Of a stretch of DNA of 54,316 nucleotides, positions 40,542-49,704 are shown piece after piece. The DNA is taken from contig CAZBOQ010000085.1 of NCBI GenBank assembly GCA_964493555.1, positions 1 to 54,316 of the forward strand, written 5' to 3'. The stretch comes from an uncultured Gammaproteobacteria bacterium. Its GTDB lineage: Bacteria; Pseudomonadota; Gammaproteobacteria; JADZEE01. Each line of letters starts with the position of its first letter. Position 1 is the first letter of the stretch. The translations under genes were made by a program, and so were the position numbers. Below the pieces are notes generated by a model that saw only the letters and a program-made list of their open reading frames with translations, was not told the origin of the DNA and did not search any database.

Positions 40542-42014
40542 TTATCGGTTTAGCCCGGTAGTTAGCGAAGCCTCGAGCTTGTAGCTGTCCATAAATTCGT
40601 CTACCAGGCGCGTACCGCTTTCCCAGTCAAAGGAGCGGAAGCAACGGTCGCGGGCGACGAATGGCGGGCCGGCGTAGAATAGTTCGTAGAGTGCATGCCT
40701 GGAGGCAAACTCGGAACCCAACGCATCCCACGCGAGCTTCATGATCTTTACGCGAGTCTCAGAATCAACATGTGAAGATCGCTGCGTTTGCTCGATGATG
40801 GGTTTCACTTCCGCCGAGCCGAAGTCCTCCACCGAAGATGGCAGCATGATCAGGCCTCCGCCGGCAAGTTCGCGAATTTCCTGAAGGAAGCTGCCGTAAA
40901 GGTCCTGGGTGTAGGCCATGACGCCGTACAAAGTGTCTTTGCGCGGTAGCGAATAGCCGTTCCATTTGACTGGGTCGTGCAATAACGAACGAAACACCGC
41001 ATCCACCATGGTCACTTTCATTGAAAGCCAGCCCAGCGATTGTTGAACGGGTGGGAAGTTGATCGTGCCTATGGTCTCAGTGATTCTTCGGGCGAGCCCG
41101 GCCATGAATCGCATTTTGACCAATAACCGAGCCTGTCCCTGTAGAGTCAGGAAGGCCTCTCCGTAAGTCCGGTGAAACTGCGCTTGCACCAAATCTGGCC
41201 GGCGAAAGACAAAGACTCGATCCCATGGGACTTTGACTTCGTCGAAATAGATGATGGAATCATTTTCGTCGAAGTGTGTGCTCAGGGGGTAATCAAACTC
41301 CGAGGACGCTGCCGTGGCATACGAGCGGCGGGATAAAATCTTAATACCGTTGGCGCCCATCGGCATGGCGAACGATAACGCGTAGTCTTTGTCGTCCGCA
41401 GAAAGCGGGTTTTGTACGCCGGTGAAAATCTCGTCGGCGACGACCGCTGACGTTCCCAACATCTTGGCGCCCGACACCGTTATCCCTGAGGTGTCTTCAT
41501 CCACGACACAACAGGTATGATATTTACTGCCTTGATCACCAACTGCTTTTGAACGATCTCCCTGTGGATTGACAATGGTAAAGGTCAGGAACAGATCGTT
41601 GTCACGAATGTGTTCGAAGTAACCGAGCGCAGCATTTGCACGGGCATCATTGTCATCGCGGAAAAAATCAACATTGGCGACCATCCCCGCAAAACAACCA
41701 CCGACTGCGTCGGGCGAGCGGCCGAAGAAACCACAACTTTGTTCGGCCATTGCTATGTGCGCCTTGCCTCGCATGATAAGTGCTTCTGTGTCGAGCGGGA
41801 TGTCCCAATGCCGCGCTACGCGTTTGCCATTGGTCGGCGACGTTATCGTCATTAACTCTTCGTTAGCCGCCTGGTAGTCATACAGACGCGAAGAGGCCTC
41901 ATAGATGGGTTTGAACGCGGGGTGGTCGGTCGGGTTTTCTACTAGTTTCCCGTCCAGGTAGATCTGGCGATCGTCCTTTATTCCTTTTAGATAGTCTGCA
42001 CCTGTTTTCGACAT
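40542..42014 (-). CDS. HpaB-family (4-hydroxyphenylacetate 3-monooxygenase oxygenase component-like) flavin-dependent monooxygenase
   Basis: 490 aa. The N-terminal GADYLKGIKDDRQIYLDGKLV..... matches the HpaB / 4-hydroxybutyryl-CoA dehydratase family opening. No flavin reductase gene is nearby. Confidence 0.65.
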   Translation of the reverse strand: MSKTGADYLKGIKDDRQIYLDGKLVENPTDHPAFKPIYEASSRLYDYQAANEELMTITSPTNGKRVARHWDIPLDTEALIMRGKAHIAMAEQSCGFFGRSPDAVGGCFAGMVANVDFFRDDNDARANAALGYFEHIRDNDLFLTFTIVNPQGDRSKAVGDQGSKYHTCCVVDEDTSGITVSGAKMLGTSAVVADEIFTGVQNPLSADDKDYALSFAMPMGANGIKILSRRSYATAASSEFDYPLSTHFDENDSIIYFDEVKVPWDRVFVFRRPDLVQAQFHRTYGEAFLTLQGQARLLVKMRFMAGLARRITETIGTINFPPVQQSLGWLSMKVTMVDAVFRSLLHDPVKWNGYSLPRKDTLYGVMAYTQDLYGSFLQEIRELAGGGLIMLPSSVEDFGSAEVKPIIEQTQRSSHVDSETRVKIMKLAWDALGSEFASRHALYELFYAGPPFVARDRCFRSFDWESGTRLVDEFMDSYKLEASLTTGLNR

Positions 42015-42122
42015 TTCGAATTCTCCGATAGCTTTATTAGATCAAAGGTGTTCCCACGCTGGGGGCGTGAGGGGATTGCTCCAGTGTGGAATTTGCGATT
42101 GACTCGTATTGGCCGTGGGTTG

Positions 42123-43307
42123 TCATTCGGTGTTTGTTTCTGGGTTTCTTAATGCCAATGTGACTGGTATTGCCAGTAGAGATATAACTGCCGCACCGAC
42201 GAACACTGATCCCGCAATGCCTGTCAGGTCTCGCAGCAATCCCAAGCTGGTGGCACCAAGGAAGTTGCCGAGGCCCAACATCGCGGCTAGCAGACCGTAG
42301 CCGAAGCCCAGTGTATGAGCTGGCATGATGACCGGCGGCAAAGCGAGGGCGACGGTGGAGACGATAGATGCAAGAACACCAATGACTAATGTCAAAGCGA
42401 AAGGGTTTTCAACCACGAGCGGGATGAGGCCCAACGTCAAAATCAGACCGACGTGCCCGCTCAGCAGAAACACCCAACCGCGGCCGTATCGATCCAACAA
42501 CCAACCGACAGCAGGTCCGGTCAGCATACCGCTCAGCATCGGTCCACTTGCGTATAGCCCCGCTTTTTGAACCGTGAAACCTTCGGCGACGAAATATTCG
42601 AAAGCGAAAGTAAAAAACTGGAAGTACCCGGCGCCGAACACCGCCCAACCGATTCCAAGCCACCATATCTTTCTGCCGCTGCTGTGCAAATGAGACTTCA
42701 ACTCTGAGTATTTAAGTAACTTGTTGCCATCGACTTCGCCATCGGGCGCACGATAGAACAGTAGGAACACTACTAGGGCGGAAACGCTAACGGCTGCAGA
42801 CACAGTGAGCACTGTGTTCCAGCCGTGGCTGGCGCCCAGCACACCGAGACCCATCATCGCGCAGACGGTACCGATGGGGACTGCGGCGTTGAAAACGCCA
42901 ATAGCTACTCCCAATTCTGCATCTTTGAACCAGTGTGCAATCATTCCCGGTATAAAAACCAACAGGACGACCGCGCCAGTCCCACTGACGACGCGGCCAA
43001 GCAATTGCGTCGTGTAATCGCCGCCTGTGGCCACTATGGATGAGCCTGTCGCGAATACTAATAATCCGCTGATACCGACTACTTTTGCACCGAATCTGTC
43101 AACCAGAAACCCTGCCGGGATGGCAACGAAAATTGCAGGTATCGCGAAACTGCCCATCAACGCGGCAGCCTTAGTGTGACTGAGCGATAGATCTTCGATC
43201 AGGCTTGCCAAGATTGGCGGGATAGTCTGAAACACAAACCCATAACAGATAACAACGTAGGTGCCGAGGAGCAGAATGATCCAACGATAGGGACCGGTGC
43301 GACCCAT
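42123..43307 (-). CDS. MFS transporter
   Basis: 394 aa with about 12 predicted hydrophobic helices. D-R-x-G-[RK] type loops (VDRFGAK, LDRYGRG). Confidence 0.8.
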   Translation of the reverse strand: MGRTGPYRWIILLLGTYVVICYGFVFQTIPPILASLIEDLSLSHTKAAALMGSFAIPAIFVAIPAGFLVDRFGAKVVGISGLLVFATGSSIVATGGDYTTQLLGRVVSGTGAVVLLVFIPGMIAHWFKDAELGVAIGVFNAAVPIGTVCAMMGLGVLGASHGWNTVLTVSAAVSVSALVVFLLFYRAPDGEVDGNKLLKYSELKSHLHSSGRKIWWLGIGWAVFGAGYFQFFTFAFEYFVAEGFTVQKAGLYASGPMLSGMLTGPAVGWLLDRYGRGWVFLLSGHVGLILTLGLIPLVVENPFALTLVIGVLASIVSTVALALPPVIMPAHTLGFGYGLLAAMLGLGNFLGATSLGLLRDLTGIAGSVFVGAAVISLLAIPVTLALRNPETNTE

Positions 43308-43325
43308 TTTGTCTTTGCCTCTACC

Positions 43326-43652
43326 CTAAGAATCCACGAAACTACGCTTCATTTTGAAATGCCGCGGATCTATGCCGTCTTCCAACATTGGCTTCTGCCA
43401 TTTAGTGACTGGCCGCTCGGCGTGCAGCATGGACAGCGCAGCGTTTTTCAGGGGCAGATAGTGTACCGGGATTTCGTCCTCCGGAAATTGATTGAGGAAT
43501 TCTATAATCTCCCTCAGGCGAGGTAGCATCGCCCGATGGAAGTCCTGTAACTCGGCTAGCGAACTCATGACTCGTTTTTCAATGCGGGCGCTGACCGTGG
43601 GTAGTCCCCATTCGTTAAGATACGGTTCTAGTTCCGAGAAATCGGGCGTCAC
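43326..43652 (-). CDS. Small protein of unknown function, translationally coupled to the Rieske oxygenase
   Basis: A GTG at 43652..43650 shares one base with the oxygenase TAG stop (TAGTG). 108 aa, with no motif I recognise. The ORF-track ATG at 43751 would overlap the oxygenase by 100 nt. Confidence 0.45.
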   Translation of the reverse strand: MTPDFSELEPYLNEWGLPTVSARIEKRVMSSLAELQDFHRAMLPRLREIIEFLNQFPEDEIPVHYLPLKNAALSMLHAERPVTKWQKPMLEDGIDPRHFKMKRSFVDS

Positions 43653-44854
43653 TAGTTCTTCCCAGTCATGGCGATAACCTTGTTCTGGAAAACTGCCACA
43701 CCAGCCTCCAGATCTGAAAGGTGCACCGTATCGATAGCGCCGCTGGCGCAATTGCTATGGATCCCTTCGCAGACCATAGTGTCTTGGCTGATCGTATCCA
43801 TCTGTTGCAACACGCTCAGCTCGCGATTGAATAATTCACCGAAGTCTTTCGGCGGCCCGACGAAATAGTGATCCATCTCCCAATAGGTTTCGTTCGGGCT
43901 GAGTGGCCAGACACGCTGTACCACAATTTGATCGTCTTCGAATAAGAACACCAGATTAGGAAACACTACATAAAGATCGAATACCCAACGATTGCTTTGG
44001 CTGGCATTGATGGCGCCGGGATAGCGGGCAGCAGCTTGGCTTGTGTCCTTTTCTGTCCACATCCCTGACTTGCTGTAGTTGGCGGCCAGCCGCGCCAGGT
44101 CTGTTTGCGGCGGGGGCTTGCCGTCGGCGGTTCGGGGCCGCGAGACCACGATCTTTGCCATTATCGACGGGCTGTCAGGGAAGATATCAGTGGGGTAGTC
44201 AGCGGGTGTAAACGGCGCCCCTATCGTAGTCTGGTGGAGGAAAGCGGCGTGGTGTCCTTCGCATTGATTGTCGAGGAAGATCTTCCAGTTGGCGTTGAAC
44301 CGGCCGTTGTAGCCGGCAAACCATTGCCAATCTTCATTCGCCAGGTAGTCGGCCAGTGCTGTGGGCAGCTGTTGCAAGAAATCGGCAAGTGTTTGTTCCG
44401 GCTCGGCATCCAGACAGACGAAGATGAACCCGCCCCAGGTATCCAACGAGACGGCATTGAGGTGCATTGCGTCCGTATCGAGCGAAGGGAAGTGTTTGCC
44501 TAAAGGTACACCGATTAACTTTCCTTGGAGATCGTAAGTCCAGCCGTGAAAGGAACAACGGAGTTGTTTGCACGATCCGACACAATCGTACTGCAGTCGC
44601 GCGCCGTGATGCAGGCAGGCATTGTGAAAGGCGCGTGGTTTTTCGTCCTTACCGCGAATTACTATCACCGAGGTGTTGAGTGCCCGCAGGGAGAAGAGGA
44701 AATAGTCACCGGCGTTAGGGATGTCGCTTAGTCGTCCGACCAATAACCACGATGCGCGCCACACTGCGTCCTTTTCGCGCTCGAAGAACGCCGGATCGGA
44801 ATATTGGTTAACCGGTATTTGGGCATACGAAGGGTTGTTGTCTGGATGTGCCAT
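43652..44854 (-). CDS. Rieske [2Fe-2S] aromatic-ring-hydroxylating oxygenase, alpha subunit
   Basis: Rieske motif C-L-H-x17-C-S-F-H (CLHHGARL...CSFHGWTY) and a mononuclear-iron segment NQCEGHHAAFLH. Confidence 0.85.
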   Translation of the reverse strand: MAHPDNNPSYAQIPVNQYSDPAFFEREKDAVWRASWLLVGRLSDIPNAGDYFLFSLRALNTSVIVIRGKDEKPRAFHNACLHHGARLQYDCVGSCKQLRCSFHGWTYDLQGKLIGVPLGKHFPSLDTDAMHLNAVSLDTWGGFIFVCLDAEPEQTLADFLQQLPTALADYLANEDWQWFAGYNGRFNANWKIFLDNQCEGHHAAFLHQTTIGAPFTPADYPTDIFPDSPSIMAKIVVSRPRTADGKPPPQTDLARLAANYSKSGMWTEKDTSQAAARYPGAINASQSNRWVFDLYVVFPNLVFLFEDDQIVVQRVWPLSPNETYWEMDHYFVGPPKDFGELFNRELSVLQQMDTISQDTMVCEGIHSNCASGAIDTVHLSDLEAGVAVFQNKVIAMTGKN

Positions 44855-44868
44855 GGTCGATCAGAGGG

Positions 44869-46302
44869 CTATGCCGCTTCCGGCGGCTTGCGCGATTGCC
44901 ATGGCTGGGCATGTTCGATCTGGGATGATAGCTGCAATAGCGTATCGTCTTCGGCGTAGCGGCCGCCGAAATGCACACCAATCGGCAAGCCTTTTTGGTT
45001 GATCGATAGCGGTAATGAAATGGCCGGGTTACCCGAGACGTTGAAGTGCGCCGTGAACGGCGCATGGTTGAACAAGGCGTCATCGAAGGCATCCAGATCG
45101 TCACCACCCATGTCGATGACGCCATGCGCTAGCGGCGGCCCTGCGGCGGTCGGTGAAAGCAGCACATCATATTTTTCAAAGAAGGCACCGACCTGGCGGC
45201 CAATGGTATGTAGTGCCTGTACGGCACGGGCGTAATCGGCGCCGTTGAAGCGGCGGTACTCGGCCGCGCGTAGGCGGGAGATCTGTTCCAAGTCGTCTTC
45301 GCGCAGGTTGCGTCCTAGTGCAGTAAGCTGATCTTCGATGAGGTTGTGTAAATTGGATGCGACGATGACGCGGAACGCGAACACCATTGCCCCCATATCG
45401 AACTTACAGCTTGCCGGTTCCACATGGTGGCCGAGATCGGTGCAGAGTTTCGCCGCGTTTTCTGCGGCATCGACGCAAGCTTTGTCCACCGTTGCACCGT
45501 TTGCGGCATCGGTCGTTAGGGCGATGCGCAAGGGTGGCGGATCCACACCAATTTCTTCGATAAAAGACCGCTTTGGTGGTGGCACGGCGTAGGGATCACC
45601 AGGCGCCGGGCCATGGCTGACATCCAACAACGCGGCATTGTCTCGAACACTGCGCGTGATTGCATGATCCACGGCCACACCACTCCAGCCCTCGCCGAGA
45701 TCGGGTCCACAAGGGTTACGTGCACGGGTGGGTTTGAAACCGACCAGACCGCAATGCGCGGCTGGCACCCGGATCGAACCACCGGCATCGCCGCCGTGGG
45801 CCGCCGGTAGCATCCCCGCGGCAACCGCGGCAGCCGAGCCGCCGCTGGAACCGCCGCAACTGTATCCGGTTTTCCAGGGGTTATGGGTAGCACCGAACAA
45901 GCGTGGTTCGGTTGCGACGGTCAAGGCGAATTCGGGGGTGTTGGTTTTGCCGAGAACGATCACACCGGCAGCGCGTAAGCGTTCGACCAACGTGCTGTCG
46001 TGATCTGGGACGAAATCGTTGAACAAACGGCACCCCGCGCGAGTCGGTACGCCAGTGTAAAGCAAGCCGATATCTTTAAGCGCGTAGGGCATGCCCGCAA
46101 TGATCCCGGAGGGTAACCCAGTCTCGACTGTGCTTCGCGCTTCGTCGTACATCTTGTGTACGATCGCGTTTAGTTGTGGATTGCTCGATTCGATTTTTTC
46201 AATCGCGGCTTCGAGGACTTCGATTGCCGCTACCTCGCCAGAGGCAATTAATGCCGCAAGGCCAACGCCGTCACAATCAGAGTACTCTTTGAACGTTGGC
46301 AT
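44869..46302 (-). CDS. Amidase (amidase-signature family)
   Basis: GGSSGGSAAAVAAG signature and an upstream catalytic-Lys region (YALKD). The start is set at ATG 46302 (MPTFKEY...), because the 587-aa ORF-track version overlaps the PPOX-like gene. Confidence 0.85.
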   Translation of the reverse strand: MPTFKEYSDCDGVGLAALIASGEVAAIEVLEAAIEKIESSNPQLNAIVHKMYDEARSTVETGLPSGIIAGMPYALKDIGLLYTGVPTRAGCRLFNDFVPDHDSTLVERLRAAGVIVLGKTNTPEFALTVATEPRLFGATHNPWKTGYSCGGSSGGSAAAVAAGMLPAAHGGDAGGSIRVPAAHCGLVGFKPTRARNPCGPDLGEGWSGVAVDHAITRSVRDNAALLDVSHGPAPGDPYAVPPPKRSFIEEIGVDPPPLRIALTTDAANGATVDKACVDAAENAAKLCTDLGHHVEPASCKFDMGAMVFAFRVIVASNLHNLIEDQLTALGRNLREDDLEQISRLRAAEYRRFNGADYARAVQALHTIGRQVGAFFEKYDVLLSPTAAGPPLAHGVIDMGGDDLDAFDDALFNHAPFTAHFNVSGNPAISLPLSINQKGLPIGVHFGGRYAEDDTLLQLSSQIEHAQPWQSRKPPEAA

Positions 46303-46315
46303 AGGTGCTGAGTGA

Positions 46316-46771
46316 TTAGTTGTAGTCGGCGCGGCGCGGCGCGATCGGCGCTTCGGGGTCGTTATTCCAGACCGTCCAGCTGTGTGGGGTAATGACAAAT
46401 CGAACTCGGTTCTCGACTTGTGCCATCGGCCGCTGCATGAATCCGTCCACCCGTTCAGCCGGTAGGTACCGAGCAGCGAGGCGCCGCAGCAACTCATGGT
46501 CCTTGCCGAGGCTTTCGACGAGCTCGGCCTCACCCTCACAAATGATTCCAGCGTAGGGAGTGGTCGGCTTGTCAATGCACAGCGCGACCAGCGGATTGCG
46601 CTTAAGTGCGTTTGTATGGATTGTGTCGTCACGAGTGGAAAGTAGTAGGCGATCGTTTTCCCAGAGGAACCACAACGGCCGGATCAGCGGTGCCTGGGAT
46701 TCGCGCGTTAACGCAATGCGACATAAATAGGGTTGAGCGAGAAAGGCGTCGATGAAGTTTTTATCGCTCAT
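46316..46771 (-). CDS. Pyridoxamine 5'-phosphate oxidase-family (FMN-binding split-barrel) protein
   Basis: 151 aa. The pattern ...CRIALT....PLIRPLWFLWENDRLLLST....K..NL..NP.VAL.ID is typical of the PPOX-like fold. Confidence 0.6.
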   Translation of the reverse strand: MSDKNFIDAFLAQPYLCRIALTRESQAPLIRPLWFLWENDRLLLSTRDDTIHTNALKRNPLVALCIDKPTTPYAGIICEGEAELVESLGKDHELLRRLAARYLPAERVDGFMQRPMAQVENRVRFVITPHSWTVWNNDPEAPIAPRRADYN

Positions 46772-47026
46772 AGGAGTCTCGATTGGGCGGCGAGCCGTTG
46801 CTGGAAAGGACTACTGTAATGGGAATGCATCTCCGCAGCCGAGTCAAGCCGCGCTACAATAGGTCTTTAAAGGAGTCCCCGATCGAGTTTCTGGTGGGTC
46901 GAGGGGAAACCGAATGAGTAATCCGCAGACTTTTCTGCCGGAGCTGGCGCTGCCATTCGAGATGCAGGCGGATCGTCCGTTTTGCTTTGCTATTGGAGTT
47001 CAAGGAATTTGAATGGATAAACTCGC

Positions 47027-47776
47027 ATGAGCTCGTCGCGGGTCGCCATCGTGACTGGCGCTGGCAGTGGAATCGGCAGAGCAAGCGCACTTGGGTTGCT
47101 CAACGACGGGTATCAAGTGGCACTGGCCGGGCGGCGCGGCGATGCGTTGGAAGAAACGGCGGCAATGGCTAATGGTGCGGGTAGCTTAATTGTTCCCACG
47201 GACGTTACCGATCCTAGTTCCGTCAAGCAGTTGTTTGCTCGGACGCGGGAAGTCTTTACGCGACTCGACCTACTGTTTAATAACGCCGGGATCTTTGGTC
47301 CTAAGGTCCTGCTCGAAGACATTACTTACGACGAATGGCGATCGGTGGTGGATATCAATTTAACCGGTGCGTTGTTGTGTACGCAGGAAGCGTTTCGGGT
47401 GATGAAGTCGCAGCATCCCATGGGCGGGCGCATCATAAACAATGGCTCGGTGTCGGCCGTTACGCCGCGACCGGATTCGGCTCCGTACACGGCGACCAAG
47501 CATGCGATGACAGGCCTCACTAAGTCCACGTCGTTGGACGGACGTAAGTACGATATTGCCTGTGGCCAAATCGACATCGGCAACGCTGTGACTGAGCTAA
47601 TCAGCGATCAGCAAACCGGGATGCTGCAGCCTGATGGCTCGATCATCCCTGAAGCGACTATGGAAGTGGAGAACGTGGCCCGTGCTGTGGTTTATATGGC
47701 GAGCTTGCCGCTGGACGCCAACGTTCAGTTTATGACTGTGATGGCCACGAAAATGCCACTTGTCGGAAGAGGGTGA
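47027..47776 (+). CDS. Short-chain dehydrogenase/reductase (SDR)
   Basis: [10 protein letters not shown] cofactor motif, NNAG, and catalytic Y-x-x-x-K (YTATKHA). Confidence 0.85.
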   Translation: MSSSRVAIVTGAGSGIGRASALGLLNDGYQVALAGRRGDALEETAAMANGAGSLIVPTDVTDPSSVKQLFARTREVFTRLDLLFNNAGIFGPKVLLEDITYDEWRSVVDINLTGALLCTQEAFRVMKSQHPMGGRIINNGSVSAVTPRPDSAPYTATKHAMTGLTKSTSLDGRKYDIACGQIDIGNAVTELISDQQTGMLQPDGSIIPEATMEVENVARAVVYMASLPLDANVQFMTVMATKMPLVGRG

Positions 47777-47897
47777 GGGAAGCGTAACCTAGGTAGTCTT
47801 AGGAGGTAGGCTTTAGCCTACGAAAAACGAAGGGAGGACCATTCGCAGTTGGAGGTACAGACAATATGCAGGGGTATTTTTCTGCCCCCTACACACT

Positions 47898-49007
47898 TCA
47901 TTCAGCCGTCCTGGAGTGATTTAGCGAATCTAGCCCCAGCTTGACGCGCATTTGCGCTGTTGCTTGTTCTTTATAGCCTTCCAGTGGAATACCGGTAGCG
48001 TCCGCGGCACGTGGGTACCCGTTGAACGCGGCTATCACCCCAGCGATATCCACCAGTGCTCCTTCGCCTAGTGTAGTGACAATCTGTTGGCGTGCTCTGT
48101 CTGCACGAGCTGTTTCACGTCCACAAATAGCCTCAGCGAATTCATTTAACAGAGCGCCGTGCGGCAATCCGCCACCGCTCGCATCCTTACCGATCGCCGC
48201 TTCGAGTCCGTACGCATTGCCGGTGTGTTCGCCGCTCATACTGAGCCGCATTGCATGACTGGTAGTTCAGTAGAAACAATCAAGGTAGGCCGAGACGCGT
48301 GCCGCAAGAAATTCTATTTGGGCACGTGAGATGTCGCGATCGACATTCTCCAATTCGGTAACGGCTGGATTGTTCATGTACAACGGGTCCATAAGATCCC
48401 AAAAACGATTCAGCTCATCCGGTACCAAGGTCAACGAGCGGCGAATGAATTGCTGGCCGCGGTCGTAGAAATCCTGGAGTTCGGGTCCGGTGTCGTCAGG
48501 TCCAATGGTTGGTGCCCAGCCGGGTCCGAGTTTCGCCCCGCCGGGGCGTTGTCGCGGTGGAATACCCTCACCGGCCTCAGCTGGGAGTGGTGTAGGGGTT
48601 AACCCGATACCTCGCATGAAAGTATCGGCACAGGTCACGATGGTGGTGAGGCTTGTCAGCTCGATGAATTCATCTTCCGACATATCATCAGCAATTACCG
48701 ACTCATACCAACTCTCGGTGATACGTCCTGAGTCGGTAACTATACGGTGGACGGCTTCGATCCAGGGCTCGGGTAGGACGCCCAGATGAGCGTGATCACC
48801 ATCGACGGAGTATGGTGACAGCGCTTCTTTGCGACGCCGGCATAGGGGACAATTCCAGGCGTTGCGTGCTTCATTTGCGATCGCGAGGCGCTGCTCGCCG
48901 GGTAGCCAGGCGCCAACCTCGGCAACACTGTTCCAGGTTCTGGCCAGCGCGCCCGTTATGTCCGCGCGCACTGATACCGGTGAAGTGTCTAGCGTCTTCG
49001 CATGCAT
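47898..49007 (-). CDS. Candidate AhpD/CMD-family selenoprotein (read-through of in-frame TGA at 48267..48269); otherwise a disrupted gene
   Basis: Two same-frame ORFs are separated by one TGA and five sense codons. Joined, they read ..VSAYLD-C-F-Y-[TGA]-T-T-S-H-A.., matching the C-x-x-C-x-x-x-H CMD motif. The downstream ATG has no SD. Confidence 0.5.
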
Positions 49008-49122
49008 GTGGTCAATGCTAACCGGGCGTTGTGGGTTTCGACAAGAGATATCATTTGTTACACGCTTGGTGACAGTGGCACTTGCGTCTATGCTGTCGGT
49101 TCACGCTTGCGGGGAGAACAAC

Positions 49123-49617
49123 GTGTCAGCACAACAATCAGTCGAAGCTAAGATCGAGGCTTTAGGGCTATACCTTCCAGAGCCGATCAAGCCGCCGCCC
49201 GGTGTGGTGCTTCCCTTTCAATTCGTGCGGGTGAGCGGCGACCGCGCTTATGTATCGGGGCACGGACCGCAGCAAGCCGATGGATCGCTGGCCGGACCAT
49301 TCGGAAAAGTTGGGACGGATGTTTCGGAAGAGGAGGCCTATCAGGTGGCGCGGTTGGTTACCCTTGCGATGATCGCTAGCCTCAAACGGGAGCTTGGAGA
49401 TTTGGACAGGATCAAGGCTTGGTTGCGGGTATTCGGGATGGTCAACGCGGCGCCGAGTTTCGTCAGGACGCCATTGGTAATCAATGGTTGTTCAGATTTA
49501 CTGTTCGAGTTATTTGGCCCCGAGCGCGGGCAACATGCAAGATCCGCGGTTGGGATGGCCTCGCTACCGTTTGATCTGGCGGTTGAGATTGAAGCTGAGG
49601 TTCTAATTGATGCTTGA
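49123..49617 (+). CDS. RidA/YjgF-family (endoribonuclease L-PSP-like) protein
   Basis: VSGHGP...G..GKVG.....E.A...AR......L...LG.LDRI and a terminal E.E pattern typical of the RidA fold. The GTG at 49123 is preceded by GGGGAG; ATG 49090 is an alternative. The ORF-track N-terminus is antisense to the neighbouring gene. Confidence 0.65.
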   Translation: MSAQQSVEAKIEALGLYLPEPIKPPPGVVLPFQFVRVSGDRAYVSGHGPQQADGSLAGPFGKVGTDVSEEEAYQVARLVTLAMIASLKRELGDLDRIKAWLRVFGMVNAAPSFVRTPLVINGCSDLLFELFGPERGQHARSAVGMASLPFDLAVEIEAEVLIDA

Positions 49618-49704
49618 TCGGGATCTCTGAGAAGGAGGAGAACCAGTGGATAAAAGGCAGAGCTATAGGTGTCTCACTATCGATAGGGAGCCGCTACGTG
49701 GCGG

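Noticed and set aside
43653-43751. ATG-initiated 141-aa version of the small ORF after the Rieske gene
   Set aside because: It would overlap the oxygenase by 100 nt with an Arg/Gly-rich, non-protein-like N-terminus. The GTG sharing a base with the oxygenase stop is the more economical start.
46303-46632. N-terminal extension of the amidase ORF (587-aa version)
   Set aside because: It overlaps the well-formed PPOX-like gene in another frame. The amidase-family alignment begins near MPTFKEY (ATG 46302).
48207-48254. 8-nt direct repeat GCAATGCG flanking the putative SECIS hairpin
   Set aside because: It is too short to distinguish from chance and has no complementary partner, so it is not used as evidence.
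48829-49122. N-terminal extension of the RidA-like ORF (262-aa version)
   Set aside because: It is antisense to the 5' end of the candidate selenoprotein gene and is Arg/Ala/Ser-rich. RidA-fold proteins are about 130-165 aa, and the GTG at 49123 has an SD.
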